From positions 359,202-423,201 of the forward strand of contig NW_027192201.1 in the NCBI RefSeq assembly GCF_041956535.1: a stretch of 64,000 nucleotides of DNA, written 5' to 3'. This DNA comes from Calcarisporiella thermophila CBS 279.70. Lineage: Eukaryota > Fungi > Calcarisporiellomycota. The notes under the pieces are model-generated. The model was not told the DNA's origin and searched no databases. It worked only from the letters and a program-made list of their open reading frames with translations. Below are positions 40,743 to 56,115 of the stretch, in pieces; within the stretch, counting starts at the first letter, position 1; every line of letters begins with the position of its first letter. A program made the translations under genes and the position numbers.

Positions 40743-41724
40743 CTAATTAATCTCTTTGTATGGATATTCTAAAGTGCAATCCTTCCGTCTCCATAGTTTT
40801 TTTCTCTTTTTTGTGGTAACGTGTTCAGCCCAAACCTCTACACACTGTTCCTTTTTGAATTTGCGTATGAAAGATGGATCCCTAATATATCTGGCAGTTA
40901 GAGTTGTTCTTCAAAAGGGTACAAATAAGAAGACTCACCATAGCTCACTTGCAATACCCAGATCCTTACAGCAACGCATTAGTGCATTACTTTTACACCC
41001 CTCTGCTGCAGTAGGAAGCCCCGATGGCTCAAAATAATCTTGCTCGCCGCGCGCTATGGATACAAATCGGCCATGGCACAAAAGTGCGTATTCCCGGGAA
41101 ATATTTTTCGGGGTTACTGAGTGATCTCCTCGCGGTACCAAGCCCCATCCGCCAGGTCCAAAAGCGCGATTTAGAATTCGACGGTATTTAATTTCAGGGA
41201 GGTAGAGTAGGCCGTCTAAAATATATAAAATAACTTAATACCATTTCGCACAAGTACATACTTTTAGTAGTATCATATACCTGGCTTGATCTCTACATCT
41301 TCTGGATTTACCGGCTCCATGAGAACATTTGCAACTTCGGATGGAAAAGGCTTAACAGAAATTCCATAGAAGGAATTGGACCAATCTTTTTGTTCGAAAT
41401 TCAATGTCCCAAGTTCTGTGGAGGCAGGGAAAACTGTATCAGTATTATTGTCTGGATTGAGTTGATTTGATGTAGGAGAGGAATCAGAGGAGGAATTAGG
41501 CACGTTGGATTTGGATAAAATGCTATTTGAATTTGAATTGGACTCGGTGGAAGAGTTAGACGGTTTTGCGACGGTAGAAGAGGTGAGCTGTGCGCGAGAC
41601 TAAATTGAAAACATAAGAGTATTTTCAAGGTAAAAATGAAATTTCATAATTGGTATACCTGAAAAAAACGTATAGGTAGCGGCATCAGCCGTTTACTTAA
41701 GCGATTTAGTACTGAAGGCTGCAT
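40743..41724 (-). CDS. MGM101: Mitochondrial genome maintenance protein Mgm101
   Basis: [66 protein letters not shown]. An alternative in-frame ATG lies at 41763. Confidence 0.93.
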
Positions 41725-42070
41725 AACAAAATGGATGTTGACATAAAAGTTCTCTGTTATCATTAATGTGGTCAAGACGATATTATAATGATATTGTGAC
41801 TGTAAAAATCAGAAAATCTGATGTAATATGCACTGCATTCGAGTATATCGAGGAATTCGTACAGTTATTTTTCATCTATTTCCGATCGGTCGAGGCAAGC
41901 TCCTTAAGTATATCTATCAGGGGTAAAGGTGGACTTATTGACGCGCGAATAGGAAATTCAGTTTTCTGTTAAACAAAGTGGGCTATATTGAAAATTCCAG
42001 TAGATTAAAAGTCTTCCCCAGCAATCAAACTTAAAGAGGTCTTTGAGAAACATACAAAGTGACAATCATT

Positions 42071-42802
<732 letters not shown>

Positions 42803-43387
42803 CTGCTAATCCCGAATATCTATTTTCCTCCTTATATATTCTTGTGGATGACCAGTTCACGGTCTGTCGCCCCAAGATGAGAAATTGATTCATTTTCTTT
42901 TTACTATCTCAAGTTTTTTTCTACTACACTTTCATCTGTCAACATTATCTATTATCCTCTTTCTAATTTCTAATGCTTTATTACTTTTAACAACTGGTAT
43001 TTCACTTTAGTATTTCTTAAAGAAACTCCTTTCATCGTTGGAATAATTTATTTTGTAACGAAATACATCCAAAAAAAGCAACATGGGAGAATATATTAAA
43101 ATACAACGACAATTTAAATCCGCCAAATGAATCATCTTTAGTACAACAGGAAATAAATATATTAAATAGTAAAAGCACGTAGCAGTGGGTAGGGAGTGAA
43201 AGAGGAAGGATAAAAAGAGAAGAAAGAGCAGAGGGGTACGTAGAGCGAGATGAGTAATGTAGGGGTAATAAAAAGTTGAAGACTAAGTATACTTTTAAAA
43301 GAGCGATGGTCCGCAAGAAAATAATGCCAGAATGTAAAAGAAATTTGGGAGATGGAAATAAGTGAACTTCTCTTCAGCTGTTTAATT

Positions 43388-44628
43388 TCAATCAGTTCTC
43401 CATAGTTCCCTATTTCCCACATTTTCCACTGGCTGTTCATCTCTTTTTTGCTCATCCATACCAAAAGCATCATTATCCTCTTCGACATCACATTTTTCTT
43501 TATCCTCCCAAGTGGGGCGTCGCATTTGTTGCCGAAATGCCTCTGCAATTAGTCGCGCATCTAACGCGCTCAAAACTCGATTTGGCGTTGCTAAATCATC
43601 AGCTCGATCTTCAAGTCCATCACCATGCTGCTTCCCTGGTACATTGAAAACAGCATCTGTCCGTCCGTCAAAAGAATATCCATTTCCAGTAGATTTGGAA
43701 ATGGGCGAATAATCAGAATCTTCATGCAGAAGATAGCCCTGAGATAAACCCCTAGGAGCACCCGAAATATCCGAAGACAGAGAAAGATGCCTGTCCCGCC
43801 TGATTCGTCGTAGAAGTAAAATGATTACCACCAATGTCGCAATTAAACAAGCTGCAGCACCTGCGATTGTACCAACCATCCACGGCTCAAGAACATCATT
43901 TTTTGCAGCTGTGCGCGACTCTGAATTGTTTGATGTATTATTAGACGAATTATTGGAGGATGGCGACTCTGTTACAGTGATGGTAGGCTGCTGAGAATTG
44001 CTAACTGTCACTGTGACTGGAATATGAACTGATGTTATGAGCACTTTAGTTACTGGTTGCTGCAAGGTATTTGAAATAAAGAATGTCGGCCCATTATCTA
44101 ATTGATGTTGACTGTCTAAATCGGGAATCGACAGCCTCCATACAAATTTTCTGGTAGCCGACACATTAGGTCTTATAACCGGCACCCAATCTGATGAGAC
44201 ATGCACATCTAGTGTTCCGTTATTACTAGTATCCCAGTCCTTCACTAGTTTAAATGTGTCTGCGGATAGGAGCTGAATCTTAACTTGCAGAGCATGCGAA
44301 ATCCATGGATTACGATTATTCCATACAAATTGGTTAAATTTATCAGCCTCCCAAGTATCATTCTCTTTTGGGAAACAAAAAATGTCAGTTGCAAGATCCT
44401 TACAAGCGGTATCATTTGCTATTTGAATTTATAAAAACATAAGAAAAAAATGTCAGCTACCATGAGAATATACAAAAATATAATTTAAACGCGTTAAATC
44501 TATTCACCTTGACGAATATATAGACGGTCATTCTGATAAGCCATCGAGAAAGTGGATGTAAAAAAAGAGTAGAGAAAGAGCAAGATGATGAATGAACAAA
44601 ATCTCCACTCGAAGTATAATCTGAACAT
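43388..44628 (-). CDS. Type I single-pass membrane protein (Mid2/Wsc-like topology)
   Basis: Signal peptide in exon 1, S/T/N-rich stalk, TM segment VGTIAGAAACLIATLVVIILLL followed by RRIRR. Confidence 0.7.
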
Positions 44629-45301
44629 AATAAATTAATTATATATAATCTTATACTCGGAAAATGAAAGGCAAGAGAAAAATAATTAATAAAAGGGGGA
44701 AGGGGCGGTGGATGGAGAGATTGCGGGAAAATGATGGGTATTTTATTGGTATAATTAACAGAGTATATAAAATAATGGTAATTAAAATGGGGAATTAGAA
44801 AGCTAATCTTAGAATAAAATAAGCCTTAACGATAATAATTTCTGTGGATATCACAAAACTCGGAAAAGATTAAATTAGATAAAAATAGAAATACGACTCC
44901 AGTCGCCTAACTCGTGTTAAGCCACATTCGAATTAGAATATATAATAGGGAAATATAGTAGACGTATAGGAAAGAGTATAAAATTAAGCTATAACAACCC
45001 TTTATACCTTCTGTAATTTCAAAATAATCATATAACAAACGACAATTTTATCTTTCAGGTTTGGAATCTATTTCTGAGGTCGATCTGATTAGAATTATAT
45101 TAAGGAGAGAGAGTTATAGTCGGATTCATGAAATGTTTAGGATAGCAAAGAACAAGAGATGTGGTAAGACAGGTCGACTTATATAATAGCACGCTATGTT
45201 AGTTGTACTCTGAGAATTACTCAGAGTACAATTAGAACAAGAGATTTAAAAAAAAAAAATCCAACTCCTTTTCGGTCCGAAAGCACAATTGAAAAGAAAT
45301 T

Positions 45302-48300
45302 TTAACCAGCAACTATATGTAATATTAGGTAGGCAATGCTACCTATCAAACGAATTGCAGAAAGAACAACAACACTCCAAAGGACAATGGCTAAATAGGT
45401 ATTCTAATAGTAGAGCGATTATGTTAGTCCAAAAGATGATACTGATAAAATAGCGATAGCTCATCCTACCGTATAATCTACACGGTCTGTAGCATCTAGA
45501 AAAAATAAGGAAAGGATGGCATTAGTAATCTTGCTAAATTGTGTAAAAAAAAAAGCCATACTCTGTTGAATTCCAAAGCCAGTGAGCATAGTAATCAATA
45601 CAACAAGAATCGCATTTGTCAAAATCCAGAACACAACTAACTGAGTTCTAAACGATCGATAGTAATCTTCCCGTTTAGTCTTGTCATCACGGGCTTGTCT
45701 GGGCGGTTCTGCTTTACGACTCATTTCTGACATTGCCTCATCAAATGCCGCATCAATATCTTTAGGCTCCGTTGGTAACGTAACATCCGCCGTATGTACA
45801 CCATTCTCCTGTTTTGTGGTTTTCACCACACCTAAGTCGGTCGCCACAGTATCCCCTTTGGTTCCCCATGATATATCATGAGTGTTACAAAAAGCATAGA
45901 TGTTAAGCACGTTGATGTAGGAGGGCATCATGAAAATATACTGAACGAATGATGTGAACATGTGCCAAGGATCGAAATAGAGTAATGATGATAGGAAATA
46001 TATGAAATACGTTAGAGCAAATGAAATGAGAATATCACGAAAGACTCCATTGCTTATAAGCGCAATAAACCGTTCAAATCCAGCCCCTGCAGTGGAGTCA
46101 ACAGCAAGTTTTATACTCTGATAGGTGATATATATAGAGGCGAAAAGCATATATCCCATGATTAGAGCAAAGAAGATCATAATGGCAGTGTAAGCCCATT
46201 TCGATCTATTGAAAAAAAAAAAGATGTATCAGTGAATTCTTATGCTATTGAATGCTAATTTGGATGCTGTAATTGATTACCCTTGTGGTCGATTACCCAA
46301 TGCCATTACAAACTGTATAATCAGCAGCATCAAGTACACAAAACTCAATACCTGTCGAATAGTTGTTGCAACCCCTGAAGCAAATGGTGGGTTGGCAACT
46401 CGTTCTAGTGCGGACGCCAAGAAATAAAACGTAATGTAAAAATTCGCAGGCGCAAGCCAGGCAAATATGAGAGAGTAGAGCTGATAAAGGAATTCGATGT
46501 GTAGCAAAAGCAGACGAAATGCTGAGTGTCCGGTGCGGTAAATATCTGTAAAATGGCAAAGAGCATAAACAGCTGCAAAAAAGGAGCCATTAAGCCAGCG
46601 GCGACGTTGTGAGATGAACTCCGGTACGGAGTCAGGGACGTCTGTTTCTCCACGCGCTGATTTTACATAACGCAGCACCCATGCATCACGTTTCTTTGCA
46701 ACTAGCTCAAAACATAAAATGCGGTCTTCTGCAAGGTACATATTTGCGGTGAAAACATCCGCGTCCCCACCATGCTGGGTTTCACCTTTGAAATAAGAAG
46801 CAAGTGGGCCTTTACCGGTCTCATCATTTTGCAGAGCGATGTATCGATAGGCGGAAAAAGCGCCTGGTAATACAGATATGTAGCCGAAAACAGACTCGAG
46901 AGGTTTATCAAGAATATTCGACATTTTGTACTCGAAATTTTGCGCTGCAACGAGAGGATTCAACAGGTTAACCCATACCTTGCCCTTCATCGCGACAATT
47001 TCCCCGCATGCACCACCGACATTCGAGTTGAGGTCGAAGGTCTTCCATATGTGATAAATCGATGTATTCCCTGGTCGCGTACCAACATCCAATAATACAC
47101 AAACATTAGGATTGAGCACAGGCCCAAACGCACTGAAAAACCATCGGTGGGAGTTGATTTTTTTCTGGTTTTTTTCCTTGAGACAAAAGAGCATTTGTAC
47201 AGGAACTAATTCAAGGTCTGCTCCTCTTAGTCTTAGATCCGGGTCAATAGAGATTTGCGTCGTAAACTAATATATCAAGCATTGGCAGTCAATCCATTTA
47301 TACTAGATAATGACTACAAGATATTTATGTATCTATTTACCTCATAAATATGCGATGTTACTGGTTTTCCATTCACCACATTCTTTGCAACTCCGTCCTG
47401 GTAGACGCCCATTATCGAGAGCAAATTTAAAACCCGCGGATGGATCTTTGCGCGTCCATCAGATATAATACATACAACAACTTTTTTCCATCCCTCACGC
47501 CCCCATGTGCGTGAGCGTTCACGAGTACAAAGGTGAGCTATATTCTTCATTACACCATGCATTGTCCGGGCAAAAAGTATTTCGTCTTCCTAAGTATCAA
47601 AATGTCATTTGATTTAAGAATATTAAACGTGTGCATATAGTAGAGGTATTCAGTACATTATACATCGTTATACAAATAAATAGCTCCGTGCTACGACCCA
47701 TGAGAGCTTGACGTAGAGTAAGATGTTCCTTCATAAAATCATTTGGATCACAAGTGGCAGCAGAGTATCGCATGTGGGTAAACTCTTTTTCTTCCTTAAA
47801 CTTGACCTTTTCCAAATAACGAGATGACACCGGACAGTCTAGTATTAAATTGCCTCCCGTCTGAAGATTTGGCGAGAAAATATCGTTATGAATTGAAATA
47901 GTAATTTTTTTTCAAATGGTTATTACTGTGCAAATATAATTGTACTCACCAGTTGAACGCGCTTGACCGTTTTATAACGTCGAGGTTGGCGCCGCGGCGC
48001 CTCACCATAACGCAAAAAAGGAACGCTTGCTTCTGCAGGATAAATATCAACAGAGTGCGCAGGATTCTGTTGCTGGAAACCATATGGAGGATAAGGCTCT
48101 ATATCTGGTACGCGTTCACTGTAGCCCTCAGGAGGATAGTCAGAGATAGGATGCGAGTCGTTAGCGTGGGAGATTGTGTGTTCGTCTATTGCATAAGGAG
48201 TGTGTGAAACTTGTTCGTAGTTTTGCGGGGGATATTCTTGTGGTTGTGAAGGGTAATCTTGAGATTGAGTCGGATAATCCTGGAGTGGATAGTCGTGGTG

Positions 48301-48360
48301 CGGTTGGTGTGTGTGAAAGCGATTGCGGTTTCCAGCCGAAGAAGCAGAAGAAGGGTACAT
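45302..48360 (-). CDS. Chitin synthase, division 1 (class I/II-like)
   Basis: [66 protein letters not shown]. Confidence 0.95.
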
Positions 48361-48760
48361 TTTATCCAAATGAGATTTCTTTGACGCTCGCACCCTGAAG
48401 CTCAAAGAAGAGGGCCAAAACTATGGAAAAGAACTCAAGAAATTTAAGTCGATGAAATTCACGCTTATGATTTCCTTAAAGGAAGGAAGAATATGAAGAG
48501 AAGATAACTATGAAGAGTGAAAAATTCTACCAAAATTGCATTTAATCAGTGCACAGCCATAAACTCCGAATTCATCGGAAAGTTATTTTAAGTGTCGTCA
48601 ACATATTTATCAAAATAGTATAATAAAATTAAGTGGTCTCATAAACTGAAATCACCTTTTCCAGCAAAATGATTTCGGTTGGTATGGAAAAAGAGTATAT
48701 TTTGCCTTGTATTTACAATACAATGGCTAATGATTAGTGTATAGCTAACTAAATTATTGT

Positions 48761-50657
48761 TCATAAGTGTCCAATTTGAAATGTTCGTCATTTTCGAAGC
48801 TGCTTCATTTCCTCCAAACTTTTACCAGAAGTTTCCGGCATAATAAAGTAGAGGAACACCCAAAAGAGCGAGACAATACCTGCGTACAACCAGAACGTTC
48901 CTGACGCGGTGATGCGGAGCGTAAGAGTAAGGAAAGTAACGTTGATAATAAGATTGCACACCCAATTGGTAGCTATTCAGGAAACCAGTGAATAAATATT
49001 CTTGTATGCATGATTCCGCACTATTTACTTACCGGTCGCAAAACTGGACGCCTTTCCACGAATTCCTAATGGGAACAGCTCGCTCTGAACCAGCCACGGT
49101 ATATTCCCCAGTCCAATTGCATAGGATGCCACATAGAAAACTAAGCTAACAAGCGCTAGCCAAGGACCCACGCTTGATGTATAAGGACAAGTGTCATAAA
49201 GCTCCACTCCTGCGTTCTTATCCACACACAAGTTGGTTACAACGCTGAATCCGCAGCGGGTGTCCTGTAGACACCGACCACAATTGGTCGCGTACGCAGC
49301 GCATGTGGACTGTTCCACTATGAGGCCTGAGATTAGTACGAATGCACCACCCATGACAGCAAGTCCAACTATCATTCCCCACATAGTAGAGAGAAGAAGT
49401 TTGCGCCTGCCGACTTTATCGAGGATAAGGAGAGCAACCACAGTCATAAGCATATTCGTTCCCGCAACCAAAATTGAGAACGACGTAGCACTTTGATTTG
49501 AGGAAAATCCAGCCATGCGCAGGATAGTGGCCTAATTTCGAAAAAAAAAATAATTAGTATTAAAAAAACCTTTTTTTAGACTAATACTGTTGAAACTGAC
49601 AGAATAATACATAGCGGTATTAAATCCACTCAGCTGCTGAAGTGCCTGTAAACTGCACGCAACCAATAGGGAACGACCTTCTTTCCGGAAACAATCCAGA
49701 TAGGTTGTAGCATCCTCTGCTCGCACCGCATCTTCAATTGCTTTGATTTCAGTAGATATAAAGCGCTCTGATACCTCCTCTCCATATACTCGTTCCAATG
49801 CACTTCGAGCGAGCTTCACATTACCCTTCTTGATGAGGAAACGAGGACTTTCAGGGAAGAATGGAAGAACTATATTTATATGAGTATACCACTATTATTT
49901 CGTCAAATAGCCGATATTATGTGAGTATATAACATACTGAAAAGCTGAAGCAGAGCTGGAACTCCAGCAATAGCCATCATCCAGCGCCATCCATTTTGTA
50001 CGTTGGTGAGACCAGTTGCGATCAGATAAGAAACCAGCTGTCCTCCAGTGATTAATAGGACATTCATAGTCACCAACTGACCACGCAGATTCCTAATATC
50101 ATAAATATGTTAGAATATTATTGTAATAATAAAACAGGATGGGATATGAACTTGGGTGATAACTCAGCTAGATATATAGGGACAATATGTGAGGCCAATC
50201 CTACGCCGAGTCCAATCACAAATCTCCCAGCTAATAATGCTTCGTAGTTTTGAGCAGCAGCCATGACTGCAGCACCAATAATAAACATAGCACTAGATAA
50301 AAGCGTCAATGGTTTTCTCCCAAATCGATCTGTCGAAGCACCAGCAGATACTGCTCCTACGATCGCACCAACGTTGAAAGTGCCTCCCACCACCAACTCT
50401 TGCTGCACATGATTGAGCGAGAACTCTTGGGCTATGGGAAGAAGTGAACCGGCGACAATGCCCGTGTCATATCCGAAGAGAAAACCGCCAAGAGCTACAG
50501 CGGTAACGACGAGCCAGGCGAACCCTGTGACACGCCTTCTGGGTTGTTCATCAGTGAGAAAGCAGTCATTGTCCTCATCTACCTTGCTATCTACCTTCAC
50601 TCTCATGTCCTCCTCCACTTCTTCCTTGTTCATAGCGTCCAAGTTTTTGTTCGTCAT
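48761..50657 (-). CDS. MFS sugar porter, myo-inositol transporter-like (ITR/HMIT)
   Basis: GGFLFGYDTG, DRFGRK, PESPRFL, QQLSGFNTAMYYS, DKVGRR, PETSGKSLEE; Cys-rich extracellular loop. Confidence 0.9.
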
Positions 50658-51849
50658 CAAGCTCTCAAGTTCGAGTGAAAGCTGCCTACACTCCGTTTGT
50701 GAGAAAAAGAAATTGGGCGAACTTTTTTTTTATACATCATCGAATTCTTTTTCCTTTTGGTTCTTTGCCCTTTGCTCCGAGTGTGTAACGGTAATTAATA
50801 TTTCAATTGGGCCGAGAATAGATATTCGGGATATCCCAGTCAATAGTTAATTAACAACATATAGAAGTTTACGGTCGTGACTTAATATCCGAGCAAATAA
50901 TTTTTTTGGAGGATAAGCGCTAAGCGTTGCTCAAATAGATGGGTGACGATATCATGTGCCTATACCGAAATGCCCCCCGGGTCTATGGGGATACTCTAAT
51001 GCTGGACCTATTTTCCCAGGATATGTACAAGCAAAGATTCGATATCACGGCGGAGTGATGTGCAATGGAGACTATAATACCCGTTTTCCTTGCTTGGATT
51101 GCGGGTGCAACTAGGTCTTCACATTTTCTATTTTAAAATGTACAAATCTCAGCACATGCTGTTCAAGCTAATTGTAGTGTCTGTAGGACACAAACTCGAC
51201 GCATCCAATCCAATAGGCACTATGAAGAACTCCTATCCAGAAATGTAAAATGCTCTCCTGGCTCTTTATAACATGGAATAAAAATTGCCCTACGTTACAT
51301 ATCAACAGAGTAAAACAGACACCAACGTGATGGTACAACTTTTTGTTATTCGTGGGGAATGAAGGGCTAGCGTCACCAGAACAAATTTACTAAACACCAC
51401 TCCGGGTTCATTCGTCATCATCTAGAGAAATTTTTTTCGGTCGATACGCGTTTTCGATAGGAACAATAAAATTGCGCAATTTTCCAACAAACCTCTATAT
51501 TAAAGTGGTTTAGAACTGGGCTATTTTAGAAGGGCTTTTGCATGTATTATCGGAAAAGTTGCAAGGGTTCGATTAGAATAATTTTGAGGCTAATTTTTTT
51601 TCTCATGGCGGTGAGCACGACCTAATGACCTTTTAAAATGAAACTATAAATAATCCTCCGTATGCCGCCGATCATGTACAGAACTTGTTTCGCTTAGAAG
51701 GCTTGGAATTGGCAAAAGCATGAATTCAGAGAGCACAGATCAAATTGGGCCAGTGTTTCAATCCTCATATTTTCAAAGCCTACAAGCTGGTACTTTTTAT
51801 TTCTTTTGTATTCAAATTCTTCAAAGTTCTCTCAGAAAATAAGAAAAAA

Positions 51850-52580
51850 ATGCCATTTAAAAATTCTTTTATTATCCTACTTATTTTCGTGGGAGTCGTT
51901 GCTGCTGCACCGTTTGTCACGCAGCCGATTACAGGCACTGTTTGGCAAGCTGGGAGCCAAGTTCAAATTGTTTGGTATACACTCACGAATGTAATTTGAT
52001 ATATAATTCCACAACGCTAACTTTATTCTCTCTTTTTTGAATTGATATTCAAGGACAAATGGGACGCCTGGGCCTCTGCCAATTAAGTATGTGTAAAAAT
52101 ATAAAGGTTGGAATAACACTAACTAAAGTTTTGGACCTGTATGAAATACTTAGGCTCATGCAAGGAGATCCTCGAGCACTTCAACAAGTAGCAGTCATCA
52201 CGGATAGCGCTGACGGCGCGTCAGGATCTTACGCCTGGAATATCCCGGCAAATCTCCCAGAGGGAAGCCAATATTCCATTGCGCTCGGGAATCCGCCAGA
52301 TATCAATTATAGCAACGTTTTTACCATTAAGGCAGCTGGTGCAGGTGCTGCTCCAGGTGGCTCACCAAGTCCTACTGGGGCGACTGATCTCGCTCCCGGC
52401 AGTGTATCAAACACAGGTTCAACAGGCATGGTGCCTGCTCCGAGCTTGACTGTACCTGCCCCCAGTGGAGCTGCTACAATGACAATGCAACCGGGAGCGA
52501 CATCAACACAGAGAAGCGGCGCGTCACATGCAGCAGTTGGAGTGTTGTTAGTAGTGCCCTTGATTGCATTAGGGCTTTAA
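51850..52580 (+). CDS. GPI-anchored Ser/Thr-rich cell-surface protein with a Kre9/Knh1-like N-terminal domain
   Basis: Signal peptide, P..GTVWQAG....I.W, GSYAWNIP, YSNVFTI, S/T/P/A tail, hydrophobic C-terminus. Confidence 0.8.
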
Positions 52581-53070
52581 AGTGAACAAAATGGATAACG
52601 GCGTTATTAGTTAACAAGCATTTAGTTTAAAAGTTGAGCCATAACGCATGTTCTTCGACTTCATACTCGCCTGTTTTTATTATATGTATTCCTTAGATTG
52701 TAGATAAATTTGGATATGCGCAATCAGTCTTCCAGTTTTAGCTCTATAATAATAATCAACACTTATAATTGCATTATCTTTTTTATTGTTTAAACGTGAT
52801 ATATTGCATGCATCTAGGTTGTTCCAAAAATTGCCGCAGCGCAAACAAGCGCCGCGGCTCAATTGTTGATAGAAAGGGGTGTCGGCAGACGCGCCATCAG
52901 CAAGTACTTCACTTGACGCGCATTCCCCCTTGAGAAAAACGGTGAGGACTGCGATTCTTGGTCGTCGTCTTTTTGGGGAAAATGGACTCATAAGCCACAA
53001 ATTATGGGAACAATTAAATTCGATTTTTGAAATTTTATATATTAAAACTTGTTAGCCAGGATATGATCCT

Positions 53071-55033
53071 CTATAGCCGCTTCCGTTTCTTCGACTTCTT
53101 TTTCATTTGACTGGAAGTTTCAATATCTCTCTCACTCGTTTTGAGCTTTTCAACTCGTTTTTCACTTTCCCTGGTATTTGAGTCCTCGCCACCTGACCTG
53201 ACAAAACATGAGACAAAAAAGCCGTTTGTAAAATCCTGGGCAGGCATGCAGCGAACCAGTGCATCAGCTTCTTCTCCCTCTCTTCCAAGCTCTTCCGAAA
53301 TTCCTCTTCTTTCCCACGTCGGCAAAACGTTTTGTCTTCTTGCAAGCTTCCATCCTTTTTCTTCTCCCTTTTCTAGAGCCTTTTTAACAACGTGTTCGTT
53401 TTCTATTGCATGCACCGAGCAAGTTGAATAGACAATTTTTTTCACCTTTGGAACTATAATAAAATTATTGCTCAGTTAGAAAGTTGGAAAGGCAAATACC
53501 GATGTTTATATATTACACTTCATAGCATGTAGAATGGTCGAGAGTTGGAATTCAGACAAGCTCTGTAGCCGTTTTTCAAAGTCAGTTGATATTTTGGTAT
53601 CGTTTTCAATCATGCCCTGCTCGTCCTCTTCATCAACTAGGTGATCTAGCCTGCTGATAATACCTGAACCGGAACACGAGGGATCAAGGAGGATAAACTC
53701 GATCTTTGTTTGTTTTTAAAAACAAATTATAGGAAATAATGAAAATAATAGGATAACATGACGAATATGTTACCTTGGAATATTTCGGATCCTCGGGATT
53801 AGCTTCCAAAAATGATCCACAGATAGGCTCAATATCTTAGAGAAAAAAAATAATTCGTTAGCAAATCCTAACCTATATAGGATATCCCACATGTATACTC
53901 ACTTTGACAGCCTGCTTTTCCTACCATCCGCTTAAGAAGTCCTAGTCTTCGATTATCTAGGTCAAATGCTATTACTTTTCCCGTGTTTTGCATGATTGCA
54001 CTGAGGTGACTTGTCTTGTTTCCTGGAGCTGCACAGGCGTCAATAACATATGAATTTAGAGGGGGAGCAAGCACAGTGGCCGGGAAACAAGATGCTTTAT
54101 CCTATGACAAGAAAAATCGTCAAAAGGTGTTAGCGTAAGACAGGAAGAGGGAGGTACTACTTGGAGGATTATATCCCCGGAAAGGTAAAGTGGGTGTGCA
54201 TGAAGATCGGTGTTTGCGGGGAGTACTAGCAAATCCGAGAGGTGAAAATCTCGCCTTATTGTTTTTGGTCTAATAGTAGAAATGAGAAAGATGGTCAAGT
54301 TAAGCTCAAATATGCTCGGGTTCTTCCGACTTACGGAACTTCTGTCAAATCCTTTAGTGGCTCACCGAGTTTATAGCCTTCTTTCTGAAATCGCTCTATT
54401 ACTTTCTCGACAGTGGTTTTATGCGCGTTTACTCTGATATACCGGGGCACCTTGGCTATGATGAGGGTAATAAAATATAAAATATAAATAAGATAACAAG
54501 AGGGAATATTTCTTTGTGTACCTGCGTCTTTTGCTTTTTGTGAAATCAAATCTTCGTCTGATTTAATTTGTAGCTTTACTTTTGCTTTGACAAGTTCAGC
54601 GCGAAGTCGAGTTTTATGTCGCATTATAGACTGCTTTGCGGGGTAACTGTCAGAACATTGAATGCCTCGTGAGGTGAAAAGAAGATCATGTATCATAGCC
54701 AATGCAATTCCTCGTGATATCTATAAGAGGCTTTAATAAAATTGATCGATAGATTAGAAGATAGAAGAGGTTTTACCTTTTTCTCATGTTTCAATATATT
54801 GGAGTTGTCAATTATCATGGATAAAACAGTTTTGTCTATATTTTGGTTCTTTCATGTTGTAAATGAATTCATGTATCCACTCTAAATGAATACTTACATT
54901 TTAGAGTTTCACAAATGAGTGCATACATGCGTTTTTTATCTTTAACATTATCAGACAGGGTGAGTGATTTGATTGTTCCCTCACGTCGGAGTAGTTTCTC
55001 CACGATTTCCCCCGCCTGCTTGTAAAATGCCAT
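53071..55033 (-). CDS. RCM1: 25S rRNA m5C methyltransferase Rcm1/NSUN5
   Basis: PRYIRVN, IILQDKASCFPA, IDACAAPGNKTSHL, LLDPSCSGSG, VYSTCSVHAIENE, TNGFFV. Confidence 0.93.
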
Positions 55034-55347
55034 TTTCGATGAATTGCAAAGAGTTAAAGAGTTCCTAGTAGGATTGTGACAGTGTTTGCAATTAGTGACT
55101 GTCAGTGGCAAAAATAAGTGATAAACTGAATTTAGATTTCAGCAATAGTATGCTGTTAGTTTTGTTAGTTTTTAGCTTTTAGTAGCGAGATTTCGTTTCA
55201 ATGCGCTCTCTCAGGCTAACTTTTCACAAAATGTAGGTTCTTAATTAATCCGAATGGCATTCTTTTTCATTGCCGCTCATTTCATATGCTCATAAACAAA
55301 ATTACTGACATATTTACACCAAGTAAAAAAAAAATACAGCTTCTGAT

Positions 55348-56115
55348 CTATTCCATAGGATCTTCCTCTTTCACTCTCCTGTGATATTATAAATTCTCAG
55401 CAATAAAAAAAAAGAAATCAAAGATAGAGGAGTCTTACCTCCGTCGACTGCCTTTCTTTCCGGTTCCTTCTTGCTGATCTTCAGCAGCCGATGACCCTTC
55501 AGTCGCTTTCTCAGATGGGTCAGGAATATCTGCTACGACGTCTCTAAGGAAATCAAACTGTTCTGTAGAAAGGACAGTTTTTTTTCTAAATCAAAGATTA
55601 ATGGGAGAAAGCGAGATTAATCAAAGAGATATATTTACAAATGGGCTACGGAGAGCCTTTTCGCATTTCGCACTCGCGCTTCTTTGCAAGCTTCATCGAT
55701 CAGGGATTGCATGAAGAGTTCTAAAGCTTTGGCTATTAACATCAAAAACAATATTAATAAAGCATAATAATTCAACCGCAAAGAGCTACAGAAAGGTAAA
55801 ATAGATAGACTGTATATTGTATTACTGTGTTAAAAAAAAGAAGGATATTTACAGATCAGAACTGGCGTTGCTTGGGCCACCTTTCCTACATCTTCATCCA
55901 TCTGCATAATCTTTTTGATACGGGCCTAATAAGCATAAAAATATATAAGAAATTAATACATTTTACAAAATAGATTTACAATTATTTGGTTGCTCGATAA
56001 AAAAACAATATATTTAATGACGAAATTATAGATAATATAGTGTTTTTCATATTATAGAATGTTTGTAGGGCAGTATACTTACCACAGGGAATTTAGTTTT
56101 GTATTTCTTCTTCAT
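55348..56115 (-). CDS. BUR6: NC2 alpha subunit (Bur6/DRAP1), 5 exons, absent from the ORF track
   Basis: [11 protein letters not shown]|[25 protein letters not shown]|[11 protein letters not shown]...HL|[17 protein letters not shown]. Confidence 0.9.
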
